This document shows, in pieces, positions 27,530 through 39,717 of a stretch of DNA of 64,000 bases. Position 1 is the first letter of the stretch, and every line of letters starts with the position of its first letter. This DNA is from Nemertoderma westbladi (taxonomy: Eukaryota; Animalia; Xenacoelomorpha). Location: NCBI GenBank assembly GCA_032718475.1, contig JAUCBJ010006851.1, positions 15,985 through 79,984 of the forward strand. The letters run 5' to 3'. The notes beneath the pieces are model-generated. The model was given only the letters and a program-made list of their open reading frames with translations, had not been told where the DNA came from and made no database searches. The translations under genes and the position numbers were made by a program.

Positions 27530-28131
27530 TATCACGTTGGCTAAAAGAATCCTTTGTGAAGATTCTATAGCCGGGAAGGAAATAAGGAGGGCTGGTTGCA
27601 GTACTCCAAGTATTTCTTCCCCTGGGCCACGTGTAAGCCTTGACTGGGCTGATAATTCTAGAGCTCCTTTTATAAGGATGTCCAAACCTCTCAAACAGAC
27701 TCCAGGCTCTCCCTGCACCTTAATATAAATACCCAAACTGCCAAACCCAATAGAGTTACCTGATTGCCAAAGTTACCTTGCTCGCTTGACCGCGAGTAAA
27801 GCCCCTCCCCACGGTGGAATAGAGTGACGGAAATATAAGTTGTAAACCCACGATATAATAGAGAATGGACGACGGTCCCGGTGACCTGGTGGATTATTCT
27901 AGGCACTGGTGAGTAATGTTGTCTGTTATTGTAGGATTGGGAACATATCCCATAAGAACTTTATGAATTTTCCCAGTCAGTAGTTAGCAGTACAGCAGTA
28001 TGCCTACATCGGTAGGCTACTCTCTGTGTTGCAGGAGTAGTGCAGTCGTGTCCTGTCACTTCTGCTGTCTGCTATCTGATGGATACCGGAAGTGTCATTT
28101 GTCATTTTACAGGCCACCAGGTGACATCATA
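27530..28131 (-). repeat. BEL-B 5' LTR
   Basis: Direct repeat of 16127-16728. Confidence 0.95.
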
Positions 28132-28710
28132 ATCAAGGGTAACTGTCCCCTCCATATCTCCATGTCGCATGACTTATTTGGGTCTGAGAGGTTTGGGGTT
28201 TTTGTTCTTGGCTGCGTGTATTGCTGATACTGCAATGGGGGAATGTCACCCTGCCCCCCCTCCCCCCCACCGGTGTTATGTTTGGTACTGGGGTTGATGT
28301 TATCATGTTGGGGCCCATGCACCTATCGGCAATACCTCCCCCCTCCCCTGGGTATATATTATATCCCTGCATGTTATAGTCTATCTTTCCCAGCATGGCC
28401 TATAGTATGTGCAGTAAGGCCTACAGTATGTCCTGCAGTCTGCCTGTGTCCTTCCAGACCGAAGTTTAATCTTCTCGAATATTCCGAGAAGTCCTCCCTG
28501 TGACTACCATATTCTCGATCGGCAGCTATGTTCCGACGGGAAGTTTCTCTCCAGTCCCCTCTCCTGTTTTCATCCTCGTACCGGTACACTCTGCACCCCT
28601 CCCTCGGTGTGTGGTATATTTTACCAGGTTGTGTTTATCCGGTGTGACAGCAATCTCCTGGAGTACGACCCCACCGGTTCTCTTTCTCCATCTCGACTAC
28701 TGATGGTTCT

Positions 28711-29216
28711 CTATCCGTCATTCCCCTCCGGTTGCTCGTAGCAACACTTCCTCCTCGCCTTGTCCGATTCCAGTGTAGTGTCCTCCCTCGTGCGATCTCG
28801 CTTCGACCTCCCAGATAAACTCCACTGTTCTCCTTCCGTCTTCCGACTGGGCTCAATGTCTTCTCGCTCGCCCGCTCACGGCGCCAACGTCTCTCCCTCT
28901 GCCTGGTTGGATGGCCCTGGGGATATTCGCAGTCCCCCTACTATCCTCTGTCGTCGGGCGACTATCCGTCCTTCCCCTCCGGTTGCTCGTAGCAACACTT
29001 CCTCCTTGTCTCCTCGCCTCGTCCGATTCCAGTATAGTGTCCTCCCTCGTGAGATCTCGCTTCGACCTCCCGGATAAACTCCACTGTTCTCCTTCTGTCT
29101 TCCGACTGGGCTCAATGTCTTCTCGCTCGCCCGCTCACGGCGCCAACGTCTCTCCCTCTGCCTGGTTGGATGGCCCTGGGGATATTCGCAGTCCCCCTAC
29201 TATCCTCTGTCGTCGG
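28711..29216. repeat. ~250-bp tandem duplication within BEL-H gag
   Basis: ctatccgtc.ttcccctccggttgctcgtagc...gtcgtcggg occurs twice; near-identical ORF-track peptides. Confidence 0.8.
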
Positions 29217-29938
29217 GTGCCATGGCTCACGTAACTCACCACGCACATTACCCGTCGATGGTCATGGGACATTCTCTGCCCCCCCCCCTCTCGCCCTCCG
29301 TCGGGTGCCACGGTTCACTCAACTCACCGCGTACATTACCCGTCGGCACTCGTGGGACATTCTCTGCCTCCCCCCCCCCCCCATTCACCATTAATCGCTT
29401 GTGGTGGGGTGCCCGCAGCCCCCCCCCCCCATCCGTCACCTCTTACTTCGCCCCCCACGCTCCCCTCTAGTCGACGCGTTATTTCTACCCTCATTGGGTT
29501 TATTCACCCCCGCTACTCTCTGCTGAACTGCGTAGCCTTGCAGGCTCTCATTGGGCAGATCGCTTGTTATTGGGATCGGAAATAAATGAATACCAGCTGC
29601 ATCAGTTTATTAATGGTCGACATACAGAACAGCATATCAAACAATAATATGAACCAACAGACCAACGAACACACCCACCACCTTACAGCACATCAGTACA
29701 GCAGTACAGTAGGTACCGGTAATGGTTACTGTACCTACAGACCTAGAAGATAGGAAAGACTGAATACCGGAATACCAGAAGAGGACCGGTAGGTAAAAGA
29801 CCAGTAGGTTTGATCTAACCACCACCAAGCCAGGGTCTACTAGAGCCCTAACAATACATAATCTAACATCTCCCCCAAGAACAATGTAGGAGACATTTGT
29901 ACTGAAAAAAAAAATCCAACCACCACCAATAGGTCAGT

Positions 29939-32900
29939 TCATTGAACTCCGAATCTTGCTGGTTGCTTGTGAGTTCTCGAACAGCGCCTGGGAAGATCAT
30001 CAGCAAACTGTACCTGTTTTTGAGGCGTTATGTCACGAAGAGAAGAGTCATCTGGGATGGAACGCAGATAACGACGATTTCTCCAATACACCCGACCATT
30101 GTCTAGTTCTATCCTGTAATCTCGCCTAGTACCACGGGAAAGGACGATACCAGATTTGTTCCATAGTTTGGAATGTGCACTCTGGATGCAAACTCGGGAA
30201 CCAATAGGAATCGGGGTTAAGTCGTGAGCATGATCATTATAATATGATTCAGTTGCTGAAGACGTTGAAGGACCAGGGATAGGGAATGAATCACCTACCA
30301 GTGTGGACGAATGAGCTGGTATAGTGGAACGGAGGGATCTACCGAACAACAGTTGAGCTGGAGACATACCATGTTCTTTAGGAGTATTTCTCCATTCCAG
30401 CAAACCACGAACAAAGCAAGTAGAGTTTAGATCTCCTTTGATATCTAACTTTTTTATCAATGATTTCATGGCCTTTACAGCCCCCTCTGCATGGCCATTA
30501 GACTGAGGATACTCAGGAGTAGAATACTCAGGGATGATATTCCATTCGGATAAGAAATCATGATAACGTGCTGAATTAAATTGTGTACCACCATCAGAAC
30601 GAAGGCGTTTTGGAATACCAAAATCTTTGAACCATCCTCGAAGAGCTGAAATAACTTGAGTGCTGGAAGGATCAGCACGCCAAGAATAAACGCATGGCCA
30701 CCCAGAATATCTATCGACATAAACCAGGTATGACCAGGTGCTGAAGTAGAAGAGATCAGCAGAGCAATCCTCCATTGGAAGACATGGATGAGGGTCGCTT
30801 TGGAGAGACTCTTTAGGTAAACTTGGTTGATAAAGTTGACACTGGGGACAAGAATTGACTATGTTTGTAATATCGCTATTGATACCAGGCCAGAATACAG
30901 TTTGCCTAGCTCTCCTCTTAGAACGTTCAATGCCCTGATGAGCATCATGAAGGTGCTTCAGGACATTCTTGCGGAGGGAAGATGGAATTACAATCCGGGA
31001 ACCTAATAAAAGAAGATTATCTTCACAAGATAACTGATGTCGCACATTCCAGAATGGGCGTATGTGCACAGAACATTGTGTGGATGTTGAGGGAAATCCA
31101 GAAATAACAGCATCCACCAAAGCCATGTAAGAAATATCATCCTTTGCAGATGATCGGATAGACTCAATATATGAATCCTTGAGATGACTTGGAGCATCAG
31201 AGACAACAATTGAGGTAGACACGTGACGAATGACTGCAGAAACATGGTCATTGACATCTGTATCACAAAGAATATCCTCTGGAGTAGGATCCGAAACAGG
31301 GGCACGGGAAAGTGCGTCTGGAATGGAATGTTCACTTCCCTTTCTCCATGTTGTATTGAAGAAATAAAGGCTGAGTTTCTCTTTAAGACGTTGGATTCAG
31401 GGATTGTCTATCATATCCAAAGTATAATTGTTTAGGATAGGAAGAAGAGGTTTATGATCAATTACCAACTCGAATGATGGGAGACCCATAAGATACACCT
31501 TACACTTCCTAGTAGCCCATACGACGGCTAACAGTTCAAGCTCTATCATTGCATAACGTGATTCAGTGTCAGTGATGAATCTTGAACCGCACTGAATGAG
31601 TTTCCAAAAGCTGTCGTGTTTCTGAAGAAGTGAGAAACCAAGACCCTTCAAACGTGAAGCATCTGTCTGCAACATTGTAGGCAGCAATGGATCATATGGA
31701 GCTAGAATTGGAGGACTTACAAGAGCTTTCTTAACTGCTTGAAATGAAGTTTCTTGGGGTTCTGACCAACAGAAGACATTTTTAACTTTAAGAAGGTCCC
31801 GAAGAGGGCCTGCCTTTTCGCTAATAGAGGAAGTGAACTCACCTAGTTGGTTCACAAGACCCAAGAAAGATCTAAGTTCAGAAATGTTGGTCGGAACAGG
31901 AAAGTCAGCAATGGCATTAAGTTTGGAAGGATTTGCTTGAATACCATTACTACTAATTATATATCCTGCGAAGCACACCTCAGGGGTAGCTAATTTGAAT
32001 TTCGCAGCTTTGAGACTGATCTGGTGTTCACGACACCGATCTAGAACGGCAATAATATGTGCGAGATGACTGTGACCATCGGAAGAATGAATTAGAATGT
32101 CATCAACTACTTTAGCAATGCCATCCAATCCCTGTAAAGCTATATCACCACGAAGACAAAACACATCTTGTGCTGAAGTTAATCCCATGGGATTCCTAAG
32201 AAACTTGAATCGACCCCAAGGGGAAATGAATGTTGTTAAATTCTGACTGGATTCATCAAGAGGTATCTGCCAATATCCATCGTTGGCATCTAATGAAGAA
32301 AAGAAGCAATCTGATGGAGAAATCGAATTGACAGCCTCACGAGGAGTAACCGATGGATGATATGGACGTTTAACATGTTTGTTTAGTATAGTCAAATCAA
32401 CACAAAGGCACCAACCGCCTGTTGGTTTAGGAACTACAACAAGAGGATGGACCCAATCAGTTGGTTCGTTATCCAGAACTGGACAAATAATACCTTGTTC
32501 AACCATTTTCTCTAAGCGAGCTTTAGCCCAGTCTCTAATGGCTAAAGGAAGTTGCCTGGCTGTATGAATAGCATATGGTTGGGCATCATCTTTTAATGAA
32601 ATGGTCATGGGTGGGCCATTCATTGGACGAAGTTTGTCATCTTGGTCAAAAACATCAGAATAAGCCTTTATGAGTTTCTGCTTAACAGTATCCAATTCTG
32701 AAGGCGAAGGTTCATCAGAAAGATGGAAGTCAACCTTGAATGATGTTGTTGGAATTGAGTTTTTAATACCAATAGGTGACATATTAGAAGAATTAGAAGA
32801 AGCAACAGACTGAATTTCTGCCACTGGTTCTGGATATGAACTTGAAATAATTCCTAGGTTTTGACAAGTATACCATGCCAAAAGAATTCCATCGACTTCT

Positions 32901-33190
32901 TCACAAATGCAGATGAGCTCATCAGTTGAATATTCGCCATAGGAAATTGTGGTGTGGAGGAGACCAATGCATGAAAGAAGACTACCATTAGCAGCAGAAA
33001 GATCTTCATGGTCTAGTGGAAGTAAATTTTCTTTGTCAATAGAAAGGGCCTGAAGAAAATCTAAGCCGGCAACAGTGGCCTCAGCACCAGTATCTGGAGT
33101 TGCTTTAAGAGAACCGAATAAATGTCCTGTTGCGATATGACAGAAGTTCAGAAATACTTTCGGAGCTTGTCGATTATGGCTTCCAACCAA
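29939..33190 (-). pseudogene. Gypsy pol with one in-frame TGA (31397-31399)
   Basis: PDTGA protease, VVDD RT, QTDAS RNase H; NP*IQRLKEKL continues in frame into the integrase (HDAHQG...CPQC, RSDGG, SNGHAE). Confidence 0.92.
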
Positions 33191-34269
33191 ATTGAGGGTG
33201 ATGCGGCTAATGGGTTTTGTCTTGGAGATTTTGAAGATGAATTCGAATTATTTTGTTTAGACCGACAAACATTGGCAAAGTGGCCTTCCTTGCCACAATA
33301 AGAACAATCTTTGTTCCTTGCTGGACAGTCAGCGCGTTTATGGTCTGTTTTACCACAACCATAACAAACTATAGGGCCAGTAGTTGAAGAATTGTTTCTG
33401 GAATTGGATTTAGAAGAATTGTTGCGCCTGGAATTATAAGGCTTTTTGTTGTGAAAACGAGATTGTCGAGAAGCTTGGTTGATTGAAGGGTTTTTTAAAT
33501 CCTGAACTCCAGCTTGGGCTGATTCCTCAGACCTACAAAGATTTACAGCATCTTCAAGCGATGGAAATGGAGTCAATGCAAGAAGTTTAGATCTGGTGTC
33601 CTCGCAAGAAATACCAGACATAATTCGAGTAGTCAACCGCCGATCGAAACAATGACGACATAGATCAGCATCTCGAGCAAGATCTTTAATAGCAACCAGG
33701 TAGCTATCAAAATTTTCACTTTGACATTGTTTCCTATTATCAAAATGAACACAATCAAGGGCTATATTCCGTTTACCACGAAAATAACTTTGAATACAAT
33801 CTATTAACACCTGAACTGTTAAAGGATTATCATGTGTGTCAGGAGGAATGTCAATAACTTGTTCCAGTGTAGAGCGCATACCTATAGAAAGGTAACTCCT
33901 GAAAATACAGATTTGCCTATCCCTAGCCATTCTATCCATCTGAAATGCAGAATAATAATCCGCCCAAACCGACTTCCAAGTTTCAAATTTTGCTAAACTG
34001 AAATCCGGTTCTAAAGCAATTGGTGCTTTAATTTGAAGATTACGAGGGGTTGAGTCAGCCTGATGAACTACAGGTTGATGTGGTTGACCAAGTAATTGTT
34101 GAAATTGATGGGCATTTTGGGCTTGGGATTGTGCTAAGGAATCAGCCAAATCGCGTTGTGATTTAACTAAAGCATGTAGAAGAGCTGAGGTGGGATCAGG
34201 ATTACCACGACCAGCCAACTGTTCTCTTAAAACCTCCAGTTCAGTTTCGAGTTCAGCTTTAGTAGGCAT
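33148..34269 (-). CDS. Gypsy gag
   Basis: 373 aa; two CCHC knuckles CYGCGKTDHKRADC and CSYCGKEGHFANVC. Confidence 0.88.
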   Translation of the reverse strand: MPTKAELETELEVLREQLAGRGNPDPTSALLHALVKSQRDLADSLAQSQAQNAHQFQQLLGQPHQPVVHQADSTPRNLQIKAPIALEPDFSLAKFETWKSVWADYYSAFQMDRMARDRQICIFRSYLSIGMRSTLEQVIDIPPDTHDNPLTVQVLIDCIQSYFRGKRNIALDCVHFDNRKQCQSENFDSYLVAIKDLARDADLCRHCFDRRLTTRIMSGISCEDTRSKLLALTPFPSLEDAVNLCRSEESAQAGVQDLKNPSINQASRQSRFHNKKPYNSRRNNSSKSNSRNNSSTTGPIVCYGCGKTDHKRADCPARNKDCSYCGKEGHFANVCRSKQNNSNSSSKSPRQNPLAASPSIWLEAIIDKLRKYF

Positions 34270-34800
34270 ATCTGACTGTTGAATATTAGAGAAATTTCAG
34301 GAAATTAAATATCCGAAAAAATTTGAAAAATCCAAAAAGAAAAAATTTTGCAAAAATGTGCAAAACTTTTGCACGCAAATCAGCCCAAATCTGTAGTTAT
34401 CGAATACTGACAGACTGGAATACCGCCTGACTGCTGAATGTGAATTGAATAGGTACCGGTAGTTATAATTAGGCTAGCGGGCGTCGCTGCCTACCCCTCA
34501 CGGCCCCCGGACAGCGCAAGGTCCTCAGCGCCGATGTAGGCTACCGTCGTCGCTGTGTTTTGCGCCAACGTAGTAGCTACACAACGACAACGATAACCAG
34601 CGCGAGTCACTCCACTGTCCGTCCCAAGGGCTTAGTTTAGAAGAGTACTGGAGTAGGTACACCACCAGAAGTATAGGTAGGTAGCTAGGCCTAGATCAGA
34701 ATCAGTAGAGGCGACCGGTAGAATAATATTGAATTATCTAACCTGCTGAATGCACTGGAATGTCCACCATTTGAATAGGGTTGTAGGAACATCAAGTACA

Positions 34801-34811
34801 TCACTGCGCCA
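34801..34811 (-). promoter_or_regulatory. Gypsy canonical tRNA primer-binding site TGGCGCAGTGA (tRNA-Ser-like)
   Basis: Begins with TGG immediately after the 5' LTR; tRNA identity inferred from typical tRNA-Ser 3' ends. Confidence 0.75.
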
Positions 34812-35305
34812 TATTGGGATCGGAAATAAATGAATACCAGCTGCATCAGTTTATTAATGGTCGACATACATAACAGCATATCAAACAATAATATGAACCA
34901 ACAGACCAACGAACACACCCACCACCTTACAGCACATCAGTACAGCAGTACAGTAGGTACCGGTAACGGTTACTGTACCTACAGACCTAGAAGATAGGAA
35001 AGACTGAATACCGGAATACCAGAAGAGGACCGGTAGGTAAAACACCAGTAGGTTGGATCTAACCACCACCAAGCCAGGGTCTACTAGAGCCCTAACAATA
35101 CATAATCTAACACTTGTTCTCCCTACTTTTGTATTAATTGCACCGTTAATAGTTTCGCCCTGCTGGTCCACTGCGTTATTAATTGCATTATTTTGATTAT
35201 TTTCTCCACTGTTATTTATTATATTATTATTTGAATTGTTATTATTTAAATTATTTGAATTATTTTGCCCTACATTATTTATATTATTATTTAAATTATT
35301 TTGTA

Positions 35306-37198
35306 TATTCGAAGAGACGGTAACAATACCTGCAATATCCTACTGTAAAGTTTGTGAATCAAATCATAAATCCGACCTTCTCACCAAAACAGTAAACTCT
35401 AAGTAAGCGAATATATTGCAGTATCGATCTCTTATAACCGGTGAGGCAGAAAACAGTCTACGAGCAGACAAACTTCGATAAAACAAAATCCCGCGCAGCG
35501 AATCCTAGGCTCGTAGGAATCCAGGGCTCGTATACTTTGCCGCGGTGTGATTTATATGGTTGGGCGAAAGGGACGCTAGCTAGGTACAGAGGCAGAGATT
35601 TGGAGATGTCTAACTAGCGGGCAAAGCACAGTACGGACAAAAGTTAATTTTATATATTTTGAGGTGTAAATAATTTCTAACGCGCGTGTTAATTCTGAAC
35701 GGTCAAAGCAGTTTTGCTCCTTCACATATATAATTACTGGGTACGGTGTGCATTTTACGAATATTCTAATTTTGTAACTTGTAGGTCCAATACTCACGAA
35801 TGATAAGGTTCCTTCCCCTCTTGCGTATTTCCAGGACTCAAATTCAGGCATAAGGTTAATGCTACGCCCAGAATTCGGCAATTTTAATTTACCAGGCCCC
35901 TAATACTAAGAAGAAATGTGTTAGTTTACTACAGTAGGCGTACGGTTACAAATAGCTATCCTGGCGTCCTATCTAGAATTTTAGTCACCTAGGTAGGCTG
36001 GGTAACTTCCTATCAAGACGTTGGCGGGGACACGGTAGATGTTAGTATATCCCTAATAGCCTCAATTTATTTTCGCCTAGCCGTAAACTGCCCTACCGCC
36101 TGAACGGTACAATCCCAATTCAGGTGAAACACAGCAACCCTCCTAGCCTACAAGTTCTAATGCAATGGACACCGTTGCACTACAAATAGTCACAGACGCA
36201 CCTGTACTTAGCAAGAGTTAGGCGTACAGTTTGCTGCACCCTACCAATGTGTATGCTTTGTACCGGTGTGCCCACGTCCTATCTGCGTACTAGTATCTCT
36301 GCCTGCTCTCTCCCCCCCGTAGGAATGTGAAGGTCTACTGTGGTTTTTTCCTGAATTAAGACAGTACAGTCCCTAAGATGTAATTTTAGGCTCACAGCGT
36401 GTCACTACTTCTACCTTTTGATCTTTGGTCTTACGCTTAGGTAGCAAGGCGTCGAACGCTGTCTAACCTTTCAGGCGATGGGCGAATAACTGAGATGATA
36501 TTGCGGGTTGTCTCTTGTCTACATTCCCGTGATGTTCCCGTTCATTGCTACGGCCCGATCTCTAGCCGGCCATCCTGTTCTTAAAGGTGTTCACCGTAGT
36601 GAATCATGATGAAAAGAAAAGGCAGGTAGCGGTATTTCTGAATTTATTGCAGATAATAATACAAAATGTAATCTGAAAACTAATGACAGAATAAACAAAT
36701 ATCAGATAACTCAGAATAATTGTGTAAGTGAAGAGTGAAAATTAGATAACTAATGAACAAATCGCACCTTTATATACTAAATTTGTGCTGCAATCAATCG
36801 AGAAAATTCTCGATTGTTCTATAGGTTCTAACAGGTTTTTAAAGATAGCTATTGGTCCAGCTAATATATAACTTGTACGACATTGGTTACAATCAAATAA
36901 CTACAGTCTCATTGGTTAATCTAGGTACAAACAAATGCAATTTAATTTGTAGCGGTTAATTTAAATGTGTTGAAATTCTGTACAAAAAATAATTCGCACT
37001 TACTAGGATTCGAACTCAATACCTACTACACATATAATTTCCAACGCTCTACCAACTGAGCTACTGAACCACTTGAATAATAGGCGTACAAATAGAAATA
37101 GCAATACAAATGAGGACTCAATGTAATCTTTTACAAAGTTAATTCGAATAAAAATAAAATTTTGAAAATCCACGGCATTTAGGGAATATAATTCTATA
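35306..37198 (-). repeat. BEL-C 3' LTR (1893 bp)
   Basis: Direct repeat of 50027-51932. Confidence 0.97.
36984..37070 (-). ncRNA. tRNA-like Pol III unit in the BEL-C 3' LTR
   Basis: A box/D-arm TAGCTCAGTTGGTAGAGC, B box GTTCGAATCC, T6 terminator; acceptor and anticodon stems do not pair. Confidence 0.6.
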
Positions 37199-37747
37199 CC
37201 GCTCCATGAAAACAGGATATTATCGTGCATAAAATATACGGTTTTCACCAATAATCAATCAAACTATAGAATACTTAGGGCGTACTTACATATTTACAAT
37301 TAAATTTCAAACAATACTTCCTTTCTACATAATGATTCGATACAAATAATTACAAATTCAAACTTTACGTATTTAAGTCTTTACTAAGTAAGTACAATAT
37401 AAATCTAAATTAAATTCACCAATATAAATCTATTGCATCTCAATATTGCATAAATTCAAATAATTACAAATACTTTCGTGCCTAAATGTAGATTGCATAA
37501 GTTCGGACTAATTACAAATATGAGTCTTTCTAAGCACAAAACTTTCTAACTATAAAACTTTCTAAATACAAAATATAACACTTTACAAATGAAACTATAA
37601 GAAAGGCCCACGAGTCTTCCATCTACTCTTACTTTCTATTTCACTGTAAATACAAATACTGCTTATAAGATATAAATTGCATAATATTCGGAACAATATA
37701 AATTGCATAAGTTCAGAATAATCTCAAATATAAAATATAAATCTTGC

Positions 37748-37870
37748 AAAATATAAGTTCTTACTAAATATAAATCTTACTAAATATAAATCTTACTAAA
37801 TATAAATCTTACTAAATATAAATCTTACTAAATATAAATCTTACTAAATATAAATCTTACTAAATATAAG
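37748..37870. repeat. 16-bp tandem repeat in BEL-C 3' UTR
   Basis: aaatataaatcttact, about 6 copies. Confidence 0.9.
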
Positions 37871-37978
37871 TTCTTCCAGAATACAAACTTACTAATTAAA
37901 TATAAAACATATAATTCAAATAAATCACAAATTCACAAGAAAGGCTCACGAGTCTTCCGTCCACCCTTGCCCTCCCTT

Positions 37979-39717
37979 TTATCGCTTTGTGGATCGAGCC
38001 CTGCCGCGTCCTCGAAAACTGCGCACAGGTGACTTTGCTCGCGATATGGGACTTGTGGGGCGAGTCACTGGTTTCGTTTGGACGTTGAGAGACGGTGCGA
38101 CTATTTCCTCGCAAATTCGTCTATTTGGCATCCCAAAACCTCGACCGATTCCTCGTGACCGATCAGTTGTCACTACAGTTGGTAGAACGTCTGGGAACGC
38201 GCGAGAAGCGGACGACGCAGACCCAAGAGCAGCTTGCGCCCCCTTCTGATCAGCTGGTGTATGTCCCGATCCTCCTATTGGTTCTCTAGGAAGCGATACC
38301 GTATCCCGAGTAATTCGAATAGTCGGCTCAACTCCCTTGCGTTCTTCTATATTAATAATTTTCTTTAATTGTTGGCCCACTTTCTGGACCCGTATGATCC
38401 TACCCTGTCCGTCCTCCCGAGGGTGACGTGCAGACGGCGCAACCGGAGTGGCTGGTATGTCGGTCGCCTCTAGTATCTCCTCTTCCTCGAATACGCTCGC
38501 TCGTATACGTTTATGGTAAAACGCGGCTCGGTACGCCCATGCGACGGTTAACCAAGCTCCTTTATTCCGTTTTTCAGTTCGGAAACGATCGAATTCACCA
38601 TACGTGATGCGATTAACGACTTTCTGAAAATTCCACGTGTTTTTGTTATCCGGGTGAATCTGTAGTAGATACTCGCACACTACTCGGAATCCACTGTCGT
38701 GGGGCAAAATATCGACTACCTCGATAAGTTCGTCATATTGGGGCATAGCGGAGATATATCCTTCCGACATCATCGTTTGGGGATTTACCGCCCAAAATCC
38801 AAGATGCGCTCTCATCGGAAACCGTCTTCTTTGTGCCGATACATGTTCGTCGGCTAAATCTTCCCACTCATCAAATAATTTCCTCACGAGTTTTACAGAT
38901 TCGTGTTCATAAGGTATGTCTCTTAGTTGGCATTCAGATGCTCGATGTCCCTTTATATTACAATAAGTACATTGAGCCATAAATCTCCAGCAAGTATAAA
39001 AGGTATGAGACCCTTGATCCCCACACCATCCACAGATTAGCTGAGTCGTAGTAATGTGCTTTCCACTGCACTTGGTCAAATGATGTCCAGCGACGCCACA
39101 TTTACCACACATCGTATTGGCAGGGTACCACACTCGTTCGTATATAAGATCTCCAATCGGTCGAGCGCTTCCTCCCACACTATAATCGTAATCATCTGGA
39201 TCTATGGGTTGGTAGGTTTCTGAGGGTTGTATACAAACTATAGCATCTGTTGCTTCAAGTTGTCGAATCTCCGTCTGAGATTTCTTCGGGAGGTTCCTTT
39301 CTATCTCAAGAAGTTCCTCTAAAGGATCGTCAGTGATCGTAGAAGTTACTTCGAAATCATCACCAAGGTGACCGATAGGCGCGCGCGTCTGCCGTGATTC
39401 ATCCGTAATCTCCACGATACGTTCTCCTTCATAGGGTAACAATGTAAACATAGATGGTCTTTCGATAAGAGATCCCGCACAGCGAAGATACACGTCTCGA
39501 AATATACTAAATCCTGCTCGAGTAAAGGCATTACACTGAGCGTCGGAGTTGTAGAAGGGTTGTCATATTTAGTCTTTGCGAGTTTCGCTGTACTTTCTGA
39601 TAATTCCTTTATACCAAATATGGTGTAGTCCTTAGCTCCAAATCGTTCGAATGGCGCTGCTGCTTCCTCTTGGATATCATATCCCCATCTCGGCTCTCCA
39701 TGTATCCCCTTCTCCAT
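37979..39717 (-). CDS. BEL-C accessory ORF(s): 123-aa ORF overlapping a >500-aa CCHC zinc-knuckle, RG-rich protein
   Basis: CGKCGVAGHHLTKC, CGWCGDQGSHTFYTC, CTYCNIKGHRASEC; tail RSRGIGRGFG...RSFRGRGRARSTKR; lies between pol and the 3' LTR; long frame open from about 39562. Confidence 0.75.

Larger units (their letters stand above)
16127..28131 (-). mobile_element. Full-length BEL/Pao LTR retrotransposon BEL-B (degenerate ORFs)
   Basis: Two 602-bp LTRs, PPT AGGGAGCGG next to the 3' LTR, gag-PR-RT-RH-IN order; degenerate TSD atcgg/atcaa. Confidence 0.93.
29568..35112 (-). mobile_element. Ty3/Gypsy LTR retrotransposon (Mag-like)
   Basis: 301-bp LTRs (29568-29868, 34812-35112; about 4 differences); TSD CTTGT at 29563-29567 and 35113-35117; PPT GGGGGAGA; PR-RT-RH-IN order. 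Confidence 0.95.

Noticed and set aside
33148-33190. Programmed -1 gag-pol frameshift in the Gypsy
   Set aside because: No clear slippery heptamer; the element already has a nonsense mutation, so an indel is as likely.
35576-35881. 101-aa ORF in both BEL-C LTRs (also 50310-50615)
   Set aside because: Non-ATG start and no recognisable motif; identity reflects LTR duplication only.
36984-37070. Functional tRNA gene
   Set aside because: Acceptor and anticodon stems do not pair; kept only as a tRNA-like Pol III unit.
37979-39493. Envelope gene
   Set aside because: No signal peptide, TM helix or fusion-protein features; zinc knuckles and a basic tail instead.
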